DNA of 64,000 nt from assembly GCF_009914755.1 (NCBI RefSeq), contig NC_060938.1. One strand, 5' to 3'. This document shows positions 21,261 to 41,359 of this stretch, piece after piece (position 1 is the stretch's first letter; each line of letters starts with the position of its first letter). Both the position numbers and the translations under genes were made by a program. This DNA comes from the human T2T-CHM13v2.0 reference genome, Homo sapiens. The notes under the pieces are model-generated. The model searched no databases. It had not been told where the DNA came from and saw nothing but the letters and a program-made list of their open reading frames with translations.

Positions 21261-21559
21261 GTGGTGGGAGTGCAGGATTCCCCTGGATAGAGATTTGCAA
21301 ATACAGGCTTTTCTGCCATTTGCTCTGTAACTTGGGTTGTCTGGAATCTTATAACATTTCCTTCTTTGTCCCTTACCTTGTGGCTATCATTTGTTTACTC
21401 AGTAACTTGCACAACTGCTTGTGTACCAAGCGCTAGCAGGCACTGGCGAAATACACGAACAGTCCGACAAGTCCCTGCCCAAGTGTAGCTTACAGTCTAC
21501 GGGAAGCTGCACTGGTAAATAAGTTCATTGAGCGCCGTGAAGGAGAAGTGTGCTTAAAC

Positions 21560-21820
21560 AAATACCACATATTCTCACTTACAAGTGGGAGCTAAACATT
21601 GGGTGCACATGGCCATAAAGATGGGACCAATAAGACACTGGGGACTACCTAGGATGGGGAGAGGTGGGGACAAGGGCTTAAAAAGAACCTGTGCTGAGTG
21701 AGTCATGGGTTCATTTGTACCCCAGACCTCAGCATCACGCAGTGTGTCTTTGTAACAAACCTGCACACGTGCCCCCGATTCTAAAATAAAAAGTTGAGGG
21801 AAAAAAACAAAACAAAACAA
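21560..21820 (+). mobile_element. L1PB/L1MA-type 3' end fragment
   Basis: TTCTCACTTACAAGTGGGAGCTAAAC...GTAACAAACCTGCACA...CTAAAATAAAA + A-rich tail. Confidence 0.85.
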
Positions 21821-22777
21821 CTTATTCTTTGACTTGGGTGTGAGCAGCAGTAGCGATAGGGTAAGCCTATATTGGCCTAGTTTTCAGCTTTTTAAAAATA
21901 TATGGCTAGAAGAGGTTGAAACTTGTGATTAAAATGAGTCTTTTGAGTGTGTGAAAAGTATTTTCATCACTTTAATTTTTTTAAGTGCTCTAGAACTAGC
22001 TAAAATGGGCAAAACGTACTAGAATAAACATAGCTGAATGAGTTGAATTTACAAACTAGTGGAAGCCTTCTATTAAACAGTAATTTACCTTGTAATCATA
22101 TTAATGTCTAATCTGTATCTTTATACAGAAAAACGTTTCATTGTGTTCAGTTTTAGTTTATCCTTTCTGTTGACAGTGGACATCCATTATCAGTTCTTGA
22201 CTATTACAAATATTACTGCTGGGGAAGCATTCTTGGACCTATTTCTTGATGCCCATCTAGAATATATATGCTAAGTTCTGAGAGATCAGTGCCAAATTAT
22301 TTTCAAAGTGGTCAAACTGGTTTACACTGCTACCAGCAAAATGCAGAATTTATTTGCTCCACATCCTCTCCAATAATTGCTGTTGTTGGACTTATACGTG
22401 TTAGACCAGTCTAGTGTGAGTATAACACTGTTTCATATACCAAGGAATTTTGCTGTTTTAGTTAGGTCTGTTAATGGCATTGGTGTTATGAAACAAATAT
22501 TCCCACATTTTAAAAAGAGGTGTATATTGATATATGTAGGGATGAAATGAAATAATTGGGATTTACTTTAAAATTCTTCAGCACATGTAAAGCACATTTT
22601 GGGATCAGTTCACCAAATTGTTCTGTGGATGCAGATTAAAGTATTGTTTCCGTGTTTAATTTACTGTCCTGTGGTTATGTAGGACAGTATACCTACCCTT
22701 AGAAAACACTTGCTGAATGTTTAAGAGTACTGGGTCATAATATATGAAAGCTGCTCTCAAGTAGTTCAGGAAAAAGT

Positions 22778-22780
<3 letters not shown>

Positions 22781-22809
<29 letters not shown>
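22781..22809. repeat. (CA)n microsatellite
   Basis: Direct reading. Confidence 0.95.
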
Positions 22810-22812
<3 letters not shown>

Positions 22813-23005
22813 TATTTTTATTATTAAAAATAGCCTCTAACTTACCCCACCATGTGGACATAACCACTATTAAAGTTTGCTTCCGGATCTTTTCGGTATG
22901 CTTATATGCACTCTGATTTTAAGCACAAATGGTTACATCTTCTATGTAGTGGTTTTCAACTTTAATTTTCCTGCAATTAAAAATTAAACCGAGTTTTGAT
23001 CCTGA

Positions 23006-23411
<406 letters not shown>

Positions 23412-24038
23412 ACATCCCATTCTTGAACATTTAGATGTTCTTCTTTTTTCCTCCTATAAATAACACAAGTACACAGGAATTTATAATGTCCTCTCCCCAG
23501 TTGAAAAGAAAGCCCTCCTTAATTCTGCAGATCAGGTTTCTCAATTATGTGCATTCATAGTTCTTTTTCTCGGTCACTTACGACAATTGGAATTCATTTG
23601 TATGACTATTTCTCTCTCTCCAGTCAGACATGCGGGTTCCATAAGGGCAGAGATTGTCTATTTTAATCACAGCTATCAAAGCAGCACCAGGCACACAGTA
23701 GGCCTGAAAGATTTGTTAAATCAGTGGAGAATAATTTCAACATAAACAATATATTTTATAAAAGATCACTGTGTTGCAACTTACTTTGAAAGCTCTTAAA
23801 TAACTTGTTTGTATAGCAGTGCTTATGGAAGGCTACTCTATTGGATGAAGAATAGAAAACCCTCCACATTGCAAACAGTGGGACTTAACAGTGGGAGGGC
23901 CTGCCCCTCCCAACTCCCTCTCACAGGCAGGAGAGCCTGCCCTCTCATACTCAGTCTCACAATGGGGTTTAGCTTCCTTTTCAGAGCTAAAGAACCCACC
24001 CAGCCTTCCTATAACACAGACTCTCTTTCATCTTTAAT

Positions 24039-24919
<881 letters not shown>

Positions 24920-25056
24920 AAGAAATAGCATTTTTATAAAGAACGTACATTTTGTTACCTACTTGGAAGGACGGATTGATGAAATCCTCAGGCAGAGTCT
25001 CTGGCTTGGCTTCCTGTGCTGTTTTCCACCCCAGAGAGGGAGCGTTCAGATGTTTA

Positions 25057-25088
25057 CTGTAGTAATGTCTGTACCCACCAGGTGGCAC
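25057..25088 (+). promoter_or_regulatory. Candidate CTCF site (core + upstream motif)
   Basis: CCACCAGGTGGCAC at 25075-25088 fits CCASYAGRKGGCRS; CTGTAGT ~17 bp upstream resembles the TGCAG upstream motif. Confidence 0.55.
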
Positions 25089-25732
25089 AATTGCTTTACT
25101 TAAATGATTTAAGCTCATTTTGATTCTCAGCGAGGTGTGATAACTCATTTCTTATTTTAATAATAAAAGATGCCACAATATTTGTTACTGTATTTTTAAA
25201 GAGAATTTTTGCATGTTCAGTTGAGTGATGAGAGAGAAATTGGTGTCATGTTTCCTCTGTGGTACCTAATCCTACAGCAAGAGTTTCAAAAATATTTTTT
25301 TAAAAAAGCTCTAAGAAGGCTATAAGCCTTGTCATCAGCCCACCATATGGTGCCAGCCTATTGCTTTGCATAGAATATCCAAGATCACACAGTGTTCTGA
25401 ATATCTGCAGTATCTAGGGGGAGGGAAGGGTGAGTTAAGGTTACTGTGGCAATTTTCATCTGCATTTCTCCCTTCTTTTGCACTTGAGACTTACTGAGGG
25501 TACTAGGGCATTTCGTTCATTGAATTAAAATGAATATAGAAACAATTGAAGTTTAGCGTCCATCTGTTTCTTACCCCTGCTTTCTGTCACTTCATCAACC
25601 ACAGTTCTATTAACTTCATTCAAGCTAGATACAGTATGTTGATTAGCCTTGGTTCCCTGTACCAAGGAGGCTGTTCTAATCTGAAGAGCCCTTCTGCCTC
25701 TATCTTCTCTCCTCAAGAGATAGAACTGTGTT

Positions 25733-26190
<458 letters not shown>

Positions 26191-26229
26191 AGTGCATAGA
26201 GGTCTTAAACCTTATACCTTATCTGATAT

Positions 26230-26385
26230 TTACCAGCTGTGTGACCCTAGCCAGACTACTTCTGTGAGCCTCAGTTTCTTTGTGAATGAGAGTGATAATG
26301 GAACTATCAGAGAAGATTAAAAAAAAGATTGTAAAGAGCTTAAAACAATGGCTCATAAATAATAAATTCTCAGACGTTAGCTGTT
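26230..26385 (+). mobile_element. MIR
   Basis: AGCTGTGTGACC...TCTGTGAGCCTCAGTTTC core. Confidence 0.65.
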
Positions 26386-26999
26386 GTTTCTGCTTGTCAG
26401 TATAGATGCCGAACCTTTAGGAAGCATTCCTTCATTGATCATTATTATCATCTGATGACTTGGCATTCCCATACTGTCCTACATCTGTGTTGTTATTTCG
26501 TGTGTTTGTTCTCTTCTGTTGCCTGTGTGTTGTCTCAAGCTACTGTGGGAAATCGGTTCATTTTTGCTTATTTCGGCTTGCTATTTAATACAGTGCTTTG
26601 TTCATGGTAAGTTTAATTCAGTACATGCTTGATTAGGCTTTTGGAATTTTATAAATTTTCTTGAAGAATGAGGATTTCACATTCTGTCTTTAAGTGATAT
26701 TATGAGGAAGCCCATAACTCATTCACCTATGCTCTCCATAATGGTAAAACGCAGTGGATGGATTCTTGTGCTTCTGACTGACAGATTGGAATGTCGGCCA
26801 GGTTGCACAGGCAGGCCTGCTTTGCGCACCCTGTACACTGGGGAAGGGTGATGGGTGCAAATGCCTGGGCCCATAGAAACGTGCTGGCATTTTCTTGAGC
26901 AGCGTGGACTTTGCTCATTGTCCTGATTAGCGTTTACTTCATGAGTCCCTGCCCTCAGTGGCTCCTCACTTCCAGATTGGTGAATTTTTAATCGATAAG

Positions 27000-27322
27000 G
27001 GACAGAATTAAGATTGTTGTTGCCAGAGTTGGAAAAGTCCCCACGGATCCCTCTTTTCTTTAAGAGCAGTTTTTTGTAGGTAGCTTGTATTTCTCCTGCT
27101 CCTCTTCCTTCCTGTTTCATCTTTTATTCACTGACTTTTAAGCATCTGCTTATCTTTTTTTTTTTTTTTTTTTTTTTATAAGGGTAGCTGGGAACACATT
27201 TTATTTTCTTGGGTTGAAAGCTTTTTTTTTTTGCTTCAGTTAAGGAAACCACGTGGGAGGTTTTGAAAAGTGCACTTTTCATTTTCATTGCTGTCCTACC
27301 AGCAGCTACTGGTATAACTCTG
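27000..27322 (+). repeat. Ancient local duplication, copy 2
   Basis: Shared blocks GGACAGAAT.AAGATT, GGTAGCTTGTATTTCT, AGGGTAGCTGG, TTAAGGAAACCA, TGCACTTTTCATTTTCAT, CCTACCAGCA.CTACTGGT. Confidence 0.85.
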
Positions 27323-28045
27323 TAAAGGAACAGGGTAGGTGGTGGGAAGGGAATAGCATCAGGGATTCTGAAAAGTATGGCAGCTATGCATGTCCCTTGA
27401 TTAAAGAAAACAAAAGCTGAGGATTATGTAGAGCAGGAATACAGTAAGAGACAAGGTCTGTCAACAGCATTGCTTGTGCAGATGGCTATATTCTGAGTAA
27501 ACTCTAGTCCAGAACATTCTGTGAGGAGAGGAGGAGGAGTACCTACTGTGGTGTCATTTTCCCAGTTAGGTGATAACCTGGCTTTATTGGTGAGAACTAA
27601 TTCTTGGGAAGGTCAGGGCGTTGCTAAAGATAACATAGTCATACAGTGCTGACTGTGTGCCATGCACTGCTAGACAAACTCATTTTATTTTGAGACAGAG
27701 CCAGAATTTGACCCGGGTCTTTCTTACCCTGTACATAACCTGTGCTGCCTTTTATCTTGTGGGACAGGAAACCTCATATGTTGACATTGTACATAATACA
27801 GCACCCCAGGCATTCATTCAGCAAATGTCTGTCTGATTTTTGTTGGACATTGGGAACAATGAAAAGAATGAAAAAGTGTATATTTGCTAGTAGGTATTAG
27901 ATGGTAATTCCTTTTACAGGTTAGAGGGCTCCTGGTACATTAACTTACTTCATCACAACCTTCCGAGCACCTAGTAGACACACCATGTGTCTTCATTTAA
28001 GTAGTTACTACAGTAGAGTGCTTTCTTCCTTTACTTTAGATTTGA

Positions 28046-28511
<466 letters not shown>

Positions 28512-29271
28512 TGATTCTTAAGATATAAAGCAAAAGAGGAGTTGAAAATGGAGTAGCATTCAACAAATGCTTGTGTGTGTCTTAAAATTTGTAGCTAAAT
28601 CTGGTTGCAGACAGTGGGCACAGGCATTACAGGCCTTGTTACTGATGTAGCAGGAGGGACTCTGAGCAGATAACATATGCCCAAGAACCACAGGCAGGAC
28701 TAGCCCCTGTGCTGGGCCACTCCAGGGACTCCTGCATCACTTTTTCAGCCTGTGCATGTGTTTGCTCAAAGATCGTGCTACTGGTGATCATACATACATT
28801 CCTTACTCAGTTAAGGTAGATAATAGTGTGCTCTGAGACTTGAGATTTACAGCAGAAGCTTAAGGTTCATTTGTTGTTCATTCACCAAGTATTTATTAAA
28901 GGAAGGAACCCTTCAAGCCAGTTTTAAACAAGCAGACCTTCTCCAGAGTTGACCCTCAATTTACCGCAGATTGTTTTCGCCTTCTGTCCTTACATATTCC
29001 TGAGTGCATCTCATGACCTGGTTTTTAATCAGCTGGCCTGCTGTCTGTTTCTAGGTCTGGTATGCTGCCATTTGCATCTCATCTCCTCCAGTATGAACCC
29101 CCATATTACCTGTGTCTCTCTGCAGGGTTCTGGCCAGGTATACAGAACCACCTGTTCGAGCAGCCTCATCTGACATTTTTTAGAATCTGAGAGCACTTTT
29201 ATTTGGCATAATCTAATGTATTGTGAAGGAAAAAGCAAGGGACACACTTTGGAGTAATTCCCTGCCCTGCC

Positions 29272-29530
29272 TTTTTTTTTTTGAGATGAAGTCTTGCTCT
29301 GTCACCAAGGCTGGAGTTCAGTGGCACGATCTTGGCTCACTGCAACCTCAGCCTCCCAAGTAGCTGGAACTACAGGCATGCGCCACCACGCCCAGCTAAT
29401 TTTTGTATTTTTAGTAGAGATGGGGTTTCACCATGTTGGCCAGGATGATGTTGATCTCTTGACTTCGTGATCCACCTGCTTTAGCCTCCGGAAATGCTGG
29501 GATTACAGGCGTGAGCCACCGCGCCTGGCC
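29272..29530 (-). mobile_element. Alu with internal deletion
   Basis: Alu consensus. Confidence 0.9.
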
Positions 29531-30532
29531 TCTGCCCTGCTTTTTAAAATCACCAGTTATACTTTTGTGACAAGCTATGGTCATTTCATTTGTCATTTGC
29601 TGACCTTCAAGTAAATTGAAATTTTACTGTAATCTGAGTGAAGTAACCAGTTTGTAACTATTTTAAATATTAAATCGGAAATTAGTGGCTTAGTATTAGA
29701 ATTAATATTGAGCTGCAGTATATAATTAGTTATTGTTTGAATTAGGTTGACTTTTTCTTTTGTCAATGGAATATTTTTCCCCAATTTTTAGAATACATGC
29801 TTCTATAAGAGTTGGAATTCTTTTTCAAAATTGATTTCTGTTTCCTAAATTGGTTGACAGTTCTCCCAGAGCTGGGAGCATGCTTTTGGTATAATCGCAT
29901 GGCAAACTAAGTTGTAGAAGCTCAGACTTTTATTAGGACTCCTCTGTTTACTCTTTGTGTCATAGTGGGAAAGTGGATCACTCTGAGCCTGTTTTCTCTA
30001 AGTTTGGCCATTGTACCTAGAGAGTAAGATTTAGGAGCCAAGAGGGAATAGGGGCTAGTCAGGATTTTACTGCCTACTTCATACAGTTCTATGCTCCTTG
30101 ATTTTTTTTTTTTTTAGCTTGTGTTGTTGTTATTTTTTTAATTCATAAAGGAAAATCATGCATGAACATATGGCAGTGCTATTGACTAGTGCATTATTTT
30201 TTCTTGTACACTTGGGAAGAAAGACTAGAATATCCTCAGGGAGGAAATTGATTCATCTTTGGGGGTGGCAGCTTCTCCTAGAGGTTGAGTCAATTCATTT
30301 TCCTTGGTATTTTCCATGGTTCTTGAAAGCTAGCCACCTTATATTGGAGTAGTACATATTTGAAAGCAAATACCAAGCACTGGGTCACGTAATCTATCTC
30401 TTAAGAATTTTTTAAAACATAAAGAATAGTTTGTTCATTATTCAACCTGAGCTGAAACTAAAAATGACGCCCAATTTCATATTTCTTTTTACTGCTAGAC
30501 ATGTTGTTTAAAGTAGTACTTGTTTGTTGTAG

Positions 30533-31000
<468 letters not shown>

Positions 31001-31166
31001 CTTTGTTTTTCTCTTTTAAAGAAGACTCATAATCTCATCACCAGGTGATACTGCTGTTAATATTTGAGAATATTCATTCAGACGTTTCTCTGCAGGATCA
31101 ATAACTATTATAATGGTTCTGTTTTGTTACTGTGTGTTCTTTATTTTTAGTCTTGTACAGGACAAG

Positions 31167-31528
31167 TGTATTAGTCCGTTTTTATGCTGTTGGTAAAGAC
31201 ATACCCGAGACTGGGAAGAAAAAGAGGTTTAATGGACTTAGAGTTTCACATGGCTAGGAAGGCCTTACAATCATGGTAGAAAGCGAGGAGGAGCGAGGAG
31301 CAAGTCATATTTTACATGGATGGCGGCAGGCAAAGAGAGCTTGTGCAGGGAAACTCCCCTTTTTAAAACCATCAGATCTTGTGAGACTTACTAACAGGAG
31401 AATAGCACAGGAAAGCCCATCCTCCATGATTCAGTTACCTCCAGTTGGGTCCCTCCTACAGCACTTGGGAATTGTGGGAGATACAAATCAAAATGAGATT
31501 TGGGTGGGGACACAGCCAAACCATATCA
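31167..31528 (-). mobile_element. THE1 (MaLR) solo LTR
   Basis: Reverse complement starts TGATATGGTTTGGCTGTGTCCCCACCCAAATCTCA and ends ...CTAATACA; imperfect 5-bp TSD ACAAG/GCAGG. Confidence 0.92.
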
Positions 31529-31623
31529 GCAGGCCTGAAATATACACGTATATCAATTCTAGCAGACCATAGGGTGTACTCTGTCCCTCAGTTTGTTTAA
31601 TGGCATCTCTTCTTGTTTTTCAG

Positions 31624-31676
31624 TGGATGAATACATTGCCATTGCCAAAGAAAAGCATGGGTACAACATGGAACAG
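31624..31676 (+). CDS. RCOR1: RCOR1 exon 4, 53 nt
   Basis: CAG|...|GTAA; (L)DEYIAIAKEKHGYNMEQ; phase matches exon 3 (T+TG = Leu). Confidence 0.97.
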
Positions 31677-32080
31677 GTAATATCATGGTTTTCTTTCTTT
31701 TGCTGTTAAAAAATGAGTATTTGTAACTAAATAATTATATTTTTTTCTTCTTTGTATTGAGTAGCAGTGTTTCTTCATTAGCAACTTTTTGGTAATTACT
31801 AGTAGTGTTACACAAACTCTGGTCTTCTTTTTCTTGTTCAAGATGAATATTAGAGGACCCTTTGATTTGAAAGGCATATCTGTCATCTGCAGATCTACAG
31901 CCTTTAGGACACTGATTACTTAGTGATTACTAAGGAGCTGGATGCTTGAGCATAATGCTTTCTCATTTGAATATGTGATTTGTTTGTCATTCTTCTGGTT
32001 GTATCATGATGTTTTTTGACGCATGTTTTCACATTCTTACCTAAAGTGTTTTAATATTCACCATTTTGAATCATTTTCAG

Positions 32081-32312
32081 TTTGAGATGGAGTCTCGCTC
32101 TGGTGACCAGGCTGGAGTGCAGTGGCGCATCTCAGCTCATTGCAACCTCTGCCTCCGGGGTTCAAGTAGTTCTCGTAATTCTCGTGCCTCGGCCTCTCAA
32201 GTAGCTGAGATTACAGGTGCACACCACCACGCCTGGCTAATTTTTGTATTTTTAGTAGAGAAGGGGCCTCCCAAAGTGTTGGGATTACAGGCGTGAGCCA
32301 CTGCGCCTGGCC
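32081..32312 (-). mobile_element. Alu with internal deletion
   Basis: Alu consensus lacking most of the left arm. Confidence 0.88.
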
Positions 32313-32989
32313 AAGATTTTCTTTTAAATATTGTTTGGAATGTACTAATAAGAAATCCACAAGATTTATTTTTCTGCAAAAGTGTGGTGATACCTTATTT
32401 CAGCTTTAATGATTTATTTTAAACACATCAAGTTGGATTAATGCTTTCCATGGCATTAATCTAGATCTTACAACCTGGAAGTTACTGACATTTCTTATTT
32501 TTCTGAATGATGGAAGTTACCAAGAGTTTAGATTATGTGAAATTGTACCCTTTCTTTTGGACTTGGCCTTACATTTAATTACTCTATCCTGGTCATTGAA
32601 GCTACTTTTGATTGCAAAATATACCTGTATGAATTCTTAAGGATGGTAGTCTTGATCATTTCTCCTTTAAAAATGATCATTAGCATGAAAATTTCCTATA
32701 TTATAATTCCAGCATAAAAATTACCATTAGCAAAGTATTGCTGGATCTCATCTTACCTCTTTTGTTGCTTATTCTATTTCTACTTTTTTTCTTTCTAAGC
32801 TGAGAAGACCTTTATATATCATATATATAACATATAAATATATATAATTTTTAAAATAAAAGAATAACAGCAATTGTTCTTTCATAAATTACTTTTTTCA
32901 TTTATATATTGAGGCAGTAAAGTGTGATACTTGAAGAGCACAGATCCTAGAACTATGCTGGTTCTGTGACCAGAGGCAGGGAAAGGCAG

Positions 32990-37194
<4,205 letters not shown>

Positions 37195-37696
37195 ATTTTT
37201 TAAAATTTATTTTAGAAGAATTATTTATAGTTTCTCTGTGACCACTTCCCTGATGATACATATGTTGCCATACTTAACAAATACCACCTTCCCTTGTTGC
37301 TGTACCTAACAAGTTATCACCATCCTGAATTGTATACTTATCATTTCCAAGAAAAATATTTTTATTGTATGTGTAATTTCCAATTAAAACATATTGCATA
37401 TTGTTTGAAAATTAAATAATTTATTTAAATTGCTTCACTCTTTCTTGATACTTATACCTATATTAAAAGACATTATACCTATAATAAAAATTACATCACC
37501 TGAAAAAAAAGTATGTGTATATTACCACAGTTACAAAGAATAGAAAAAGGGGCCTCTGACAGTGTCTGCCACTTAGCGCTGTAGATGAGTTAGTTTGTCT
37601 AAATATGAAGTCGTTTTTACTTTTCTTTTGCTGGTCTCATTTCCATTTTCATTGTTTTTTGTTTGATCTAAAATTTTACTGATATCATTTTTGTAG

Positions 37697-37858
37697 GCTC
37701 TTGGGATGCTCTTCTGGCATAAACATAATATCGAAAAGTCATTGGCTGATTTGCCCAACTTTACCCCTTTCCCAGATGAGTGGACTGTGGAAGATAAAGT
37801 CTTATTTGAGCAAGCCTTTAGTTTTCATGGGAAAACTTTTCATAGAATCCAACAAATG
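37697..37858 (+). CDS. RCOR1: RCOR1 exon 5, ELM2 end / SANT1, 162 nt
   Basis: TAG|...|GTAAGT; [54 protein letters not shown]. Confidence 0.97.
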
Positions 37859-38143
37859 GTAAGTAGATGAGACCACTGAGTTCTATTTTTTTTCTCCTAT
37901 CTAACTCTCTTTTGCAGCATACTTGAGATAGGGATATCATACTCAAACATAAATATTCCCATTTTTGATAAAGTTCCCCTTTAGATTCAGCTTAGTACAT
38001 GCTGCTCTGTGGATGGGAGTTTTCCAGTTACAGGAGTAAAGCACTTCTAGCACTTCCCATCCTGTCGTCTGTGACTGGACCCTCCCCACCCACCCCAGTC
38101 CCTCTTGTTGGGACTCCCAAAAGATTAGACCCATACGAAGGAC

Positions 38144-38745
<602 letters not shown>

Positions 38746-38810
38746 TTAAACATTTGATTTTTAAAGATTACTTTTTTATTTAAATAAACCAACTCATTTT
38801 TTATGTTTAG

Positions 38811-38929
38811 CTTCCAGATAAATCTATAGCAAGTCTGGTGAAATTTTACTATTCTTGGAAGAAGACGAGGACTAAAACTAGTGTGATGGATCGCCATGCC
38901 CGGAAACAAAAACGGGAGCGGGAGGAGAG
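38811..38929 (+). CDS. RCOR1: RCOR1 exon 6, SANT1 end, 119 nt
   Basis: TAG|...|GTGAGC; [39 protein letters not shown](S). Confidence 0.97.
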
Positions 38930-41280
38930 GTGAGCACATGGCTGGGGTGTTGTCTAACCACTTAGGGGACTATCTAAGAGCCCCAGATACACAAAGGCAA
39001 GGCAGAATGACTGGTTTTCCCTCCGCGCCTTCCTGGTGGAACCACATGTTCATGAGATGTATTAGAGCGTGTCACATTATTCAGGTATTTTTTCTCACCA
39101 CTCTTTCCCTGCAGTCAGTGAACTTCCATTTTGAGTCAGTTAACTTTGACCCATTTTTTTTCCTTCCCATTTAGAAGGGGTGGCTCCTTTTAATAAAAAA
39201 GAATCTTTTATTTTGTAGTTTGAGGTTTAACGTGGTATATTTTTACAAGATTCATTTGGTGTGTTTTTATGTTTGCCATGTGGAAACAAAAATACAACTT
39301 AGAGTTGCTGCTTCTTTTTTTGACCATCTGTTTTTTGTGTGTGAATGAGAAAGAGAAACATTTTATAATCTCTTAGTAAGGATATTAGTTTTAAGGATAG
39401 CTCAGTATGGAGAATACTTCTTAACCATCACTTCCTCAGTCTTATATGTAGCATAGAGAAGTAGAAATGGCCAGGTACTCACACTCAGAAATGGGCTCTG
39501 GTCTCAGCTCTGAAGATTCCACTTACATGCCACAGGCTACACTGGGATGTTTAAGGTCTTTAATTTATTTTTTAAAATGTGTAAAATTGTACATACTCAC
39601 AGGCAGGTGACTTCAACATGCGTCTTCCCCAAGCTTCTGTTTTCCTTAACTCTAAAATGAAGATGTTTGAAGTCCAGAAGGCAGCATGCAGACCTAGTGG
39701 TTTCCTTGTTAGGGTGGTGAGATATATAGGTGGGTTTTAAAAAATCCTATTTTCCACATTTCCTGTAATATTTTTATCAATTAATAATAAAAAAATAAAA
39801 TGAAGGAGGATGAAATATATGGTCCCCGGTGTCCCATCTCAGGATGGAATTTTATCATTTCAAATGAAAGAGTAACATGTGAGAACACATTGAAAGTTGA
39901 GTATCACTTTTGGAGAATTCAAACCTCTTGGCCCAAGTATAAATTGAGAGTGATGTTAAGAACATCTCCAAAGCTCTTTTAATTGTAAGAGCCTATAAAA
40001 TTATCGACCATGATACATCTGCATATTTTTGCCTCTGACTTATATACTAGTAGGTTTATTTATGGATGAGTACTCTTATTAACTTTTAATGAAGCTTTTT
40101 CATTTCCCTAGTTTACTGTCTATATAGTAAGTCTGTTACTATAAGCAGATGCAGTTTACTAAGCAGCAATCAAAATTAAATAATACAGAGTGGGATTGGA
40201 TATCCTTGAGTGTGAAATAAGAATACCTGCCAACACTTCCATTCTTACTCCCTGGAGGCTTTTTTTTTGCATTAGTCCCGATGGGGCCAGGAAGTGCTTT
40301 GCCTCCACCTCCCATGTGCACCTCAACCACTTTTGGGATGCGGGGATGGAGGTGCTGCAGCAGCACCTGATAAATTGTTGGCTTTCTAACAGGACTTGCC
40401 TGTGAAAGTCATGGCAGGGACTGGGACAAAATTCCCTTAGCCGAAGGCTCTTTCTTGTTGTGGACACTCTTTCCTCAGCTAGAGCTTCCTGCTACCTTGG
40501 TGGAGGATGGGGAGGAGGTGGCGCGTAGTGGGCATGGTCCCGTGGGATGGATTCCAGAGGCAGTGCGAGGTGGGCAAACTGGGGCAGGCTACTTGACTTC
40601 TGTAGACTTAGTTTTCTTTTTTTACAGTTGCATTCCTACCTACATCGGGGCTTTTCTTGTTTCTTTGTTTTAAATTAAATGAAATACTACATTCAGGATA
40701 TTACAAAAAGCATTTAAAGTGCTATACCAATGTAAGTTTTCTTTTTAAAATTAAACATAATTTTAAAACATCAGTTGTCCAGGACACCAGAAAAGCCTCA
40801 GACTTTGTGTGGCCTTGGGTAGAAAGACGGTACTTGGAAAAGGATTTTTTTACTGTTAGCAGGTTTATTCCCAATGCAGTGGAAATTTATTCTCCCATAA
40901 TTTCTCAGTTTTGTTTAGTAATCATATCCTAGTCCTCAATAGATAATTATGAGAAAATAACATGTAAATGCATTTTCATTTTGATATTTTCAGTTTACAG
41001 ATATAGAGCAATAGTGTTTTAGATCTGGATTGGGAAGTTAGGAATCTATTTTAGTAGTTTCTCATCACTTAGACTGAAAGAACTATGGAGTTGGTATTCT
41101 GTTTGAATTACAAAGATGTTTTTATCTCAGCAGCCTGAAAACATACTAATTTTATATTAAATCAGTTTATTATTTATATTTGGTAAAATTAGTACAAAAT
41201 TTTCAGTTAAATCAATTTATCGTTTGTATTCGGAAAATTAGTACAAAATAATCATTCAGTAACTTGTTCTTGTCTTCCAG

Positions 41281-41359
41281 CGAGGATGAACTGGAAGAGG
41301 CAAATGGAAACAATCCCATTGACATTGAGGTTGATCAAAACAAGGAAAGCAAAAAGGAG
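41281..41359 (+). CDS. RCOR1: RCOR1 exon 7, 79 nt
   Basis: CAG|...|GTATTT; (S)EDELEEANGNNPIDIEVDQNKESKKE. Confidence 0.96.
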
